DNA of 64,000 nt from an uncultured bacterium (GTDB lineage: Bacteria; Lernaellota; Lernaellaia; JACKCT01): the NCBI GenBank assembly GCA_964586775.1, contig CAZPJD010000184.1, positions 69,987 through 133,986 of the forward strand. Reading direction: 5' to 3'. Below are positions 63,772-64,000 of this stretch, in pieces. The stretch's first letter is position 1. Each line of letters opens with the position of its first letter. Below the pieces are notes generated by a model. That model saw nothing but the letters and a program-made list of their open reading frames with translations. It did not search any database and was not told the origin of the DNA. Position numbers and translations under genes: made by a program.

Positions 63772-64000
63772 GGCTTGGCTCCCGGCAACGGACCCGAACG
63801 GGCGAAGTGGACCCACGAAGAGGTGTCAGAACCTAAGTTCGCCCCGGTCCCCTGTCAAGTTTGATCGTCGGCCCGCAATACCCGGGGTCGGGACGACGGA
63901 TGGACACCACCGACGCGCGCCGGTTCCCGCCGTGTTGCGGTCATCGCGCGTCGATCCGCGTCAGTTCGCGTCGGGATCCTCGTCCGCCTCGCCGGACTCA

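Overview
This 64 kb window is GC-rich chromosomal DNA of roughly 68-70% GC, densely packed with about 60 protein-coding genes. It is likely from a Myxococcota/deltaproteobacteria-like lineage, inferred from Myxococcales-type cysteine-rich repeats, FG-GAP and GldA/F/G-like proteins and the high GC. Many long ORFs on all six frames are GC artefacts (Arg/Ala/Gly-rich antisense ORFs), so I kept only ORFs with coherent protein-like sequence, recognisable motifs, and operon logic such as ATGA/GTGA overlaps. Coordinates follow the ORF track. In a few places my manual base counting disagreed with the track by 1 nt, so exact regulatory-site coordinates carry about +/-2 nt of uncertainty.

Contents:
- Housekeeping genes: aroE/aroK, bioD, nadE, carB, dnaJ, rpoZ, a P5C dehydrogenase, and two inositol-monophosphatase-family genes.
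- A manganese/zinc ABC importer, encoded as Mnt/Tro-type genes, with a convergent DtxR-family regulator.
- c-di-GMP signalling proteins: a PilZ protein and a receiver-HD-GYP protein.
- Envelope and secreted proteins.
- A GldA/F/G-like ABC-2 transporter.

I found no CRISPR arrays, transposases, integrases, rRNA or tRNA genes.

The best candidate for a novel system is a Tat-exported, NarG/NxrA-sized type II DMSO-reductase-family molybdoenzyme operon, alpha-beta-gamma-delta plus a dedicated class I cytochrome c (14560-21394). It has an FNR/Dnr-type palindrome upstream and a UUCG-tetraloop terminator downstream, and the substrate cannot be assigned from sequence. Other notable observations:
- A cluster of five DnaA-box 9-mers in one intergenic region.
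- A 27-bp perfect inverted repeat with a 94-nt spacer, MITE-like or a structured RNA.
- An archaeal-type, HcnABC-like, three-component flavoenzyme next to P5C dehydrogenase, a probable dye-linked proline dehydrogenase.
- A nucleoside 2-deoxyribosyltransferase-like gene translationally coupled to nadE.
- Two paralogous metal-ABC permeases, each fused to a DtxR-like C-terminal domain.
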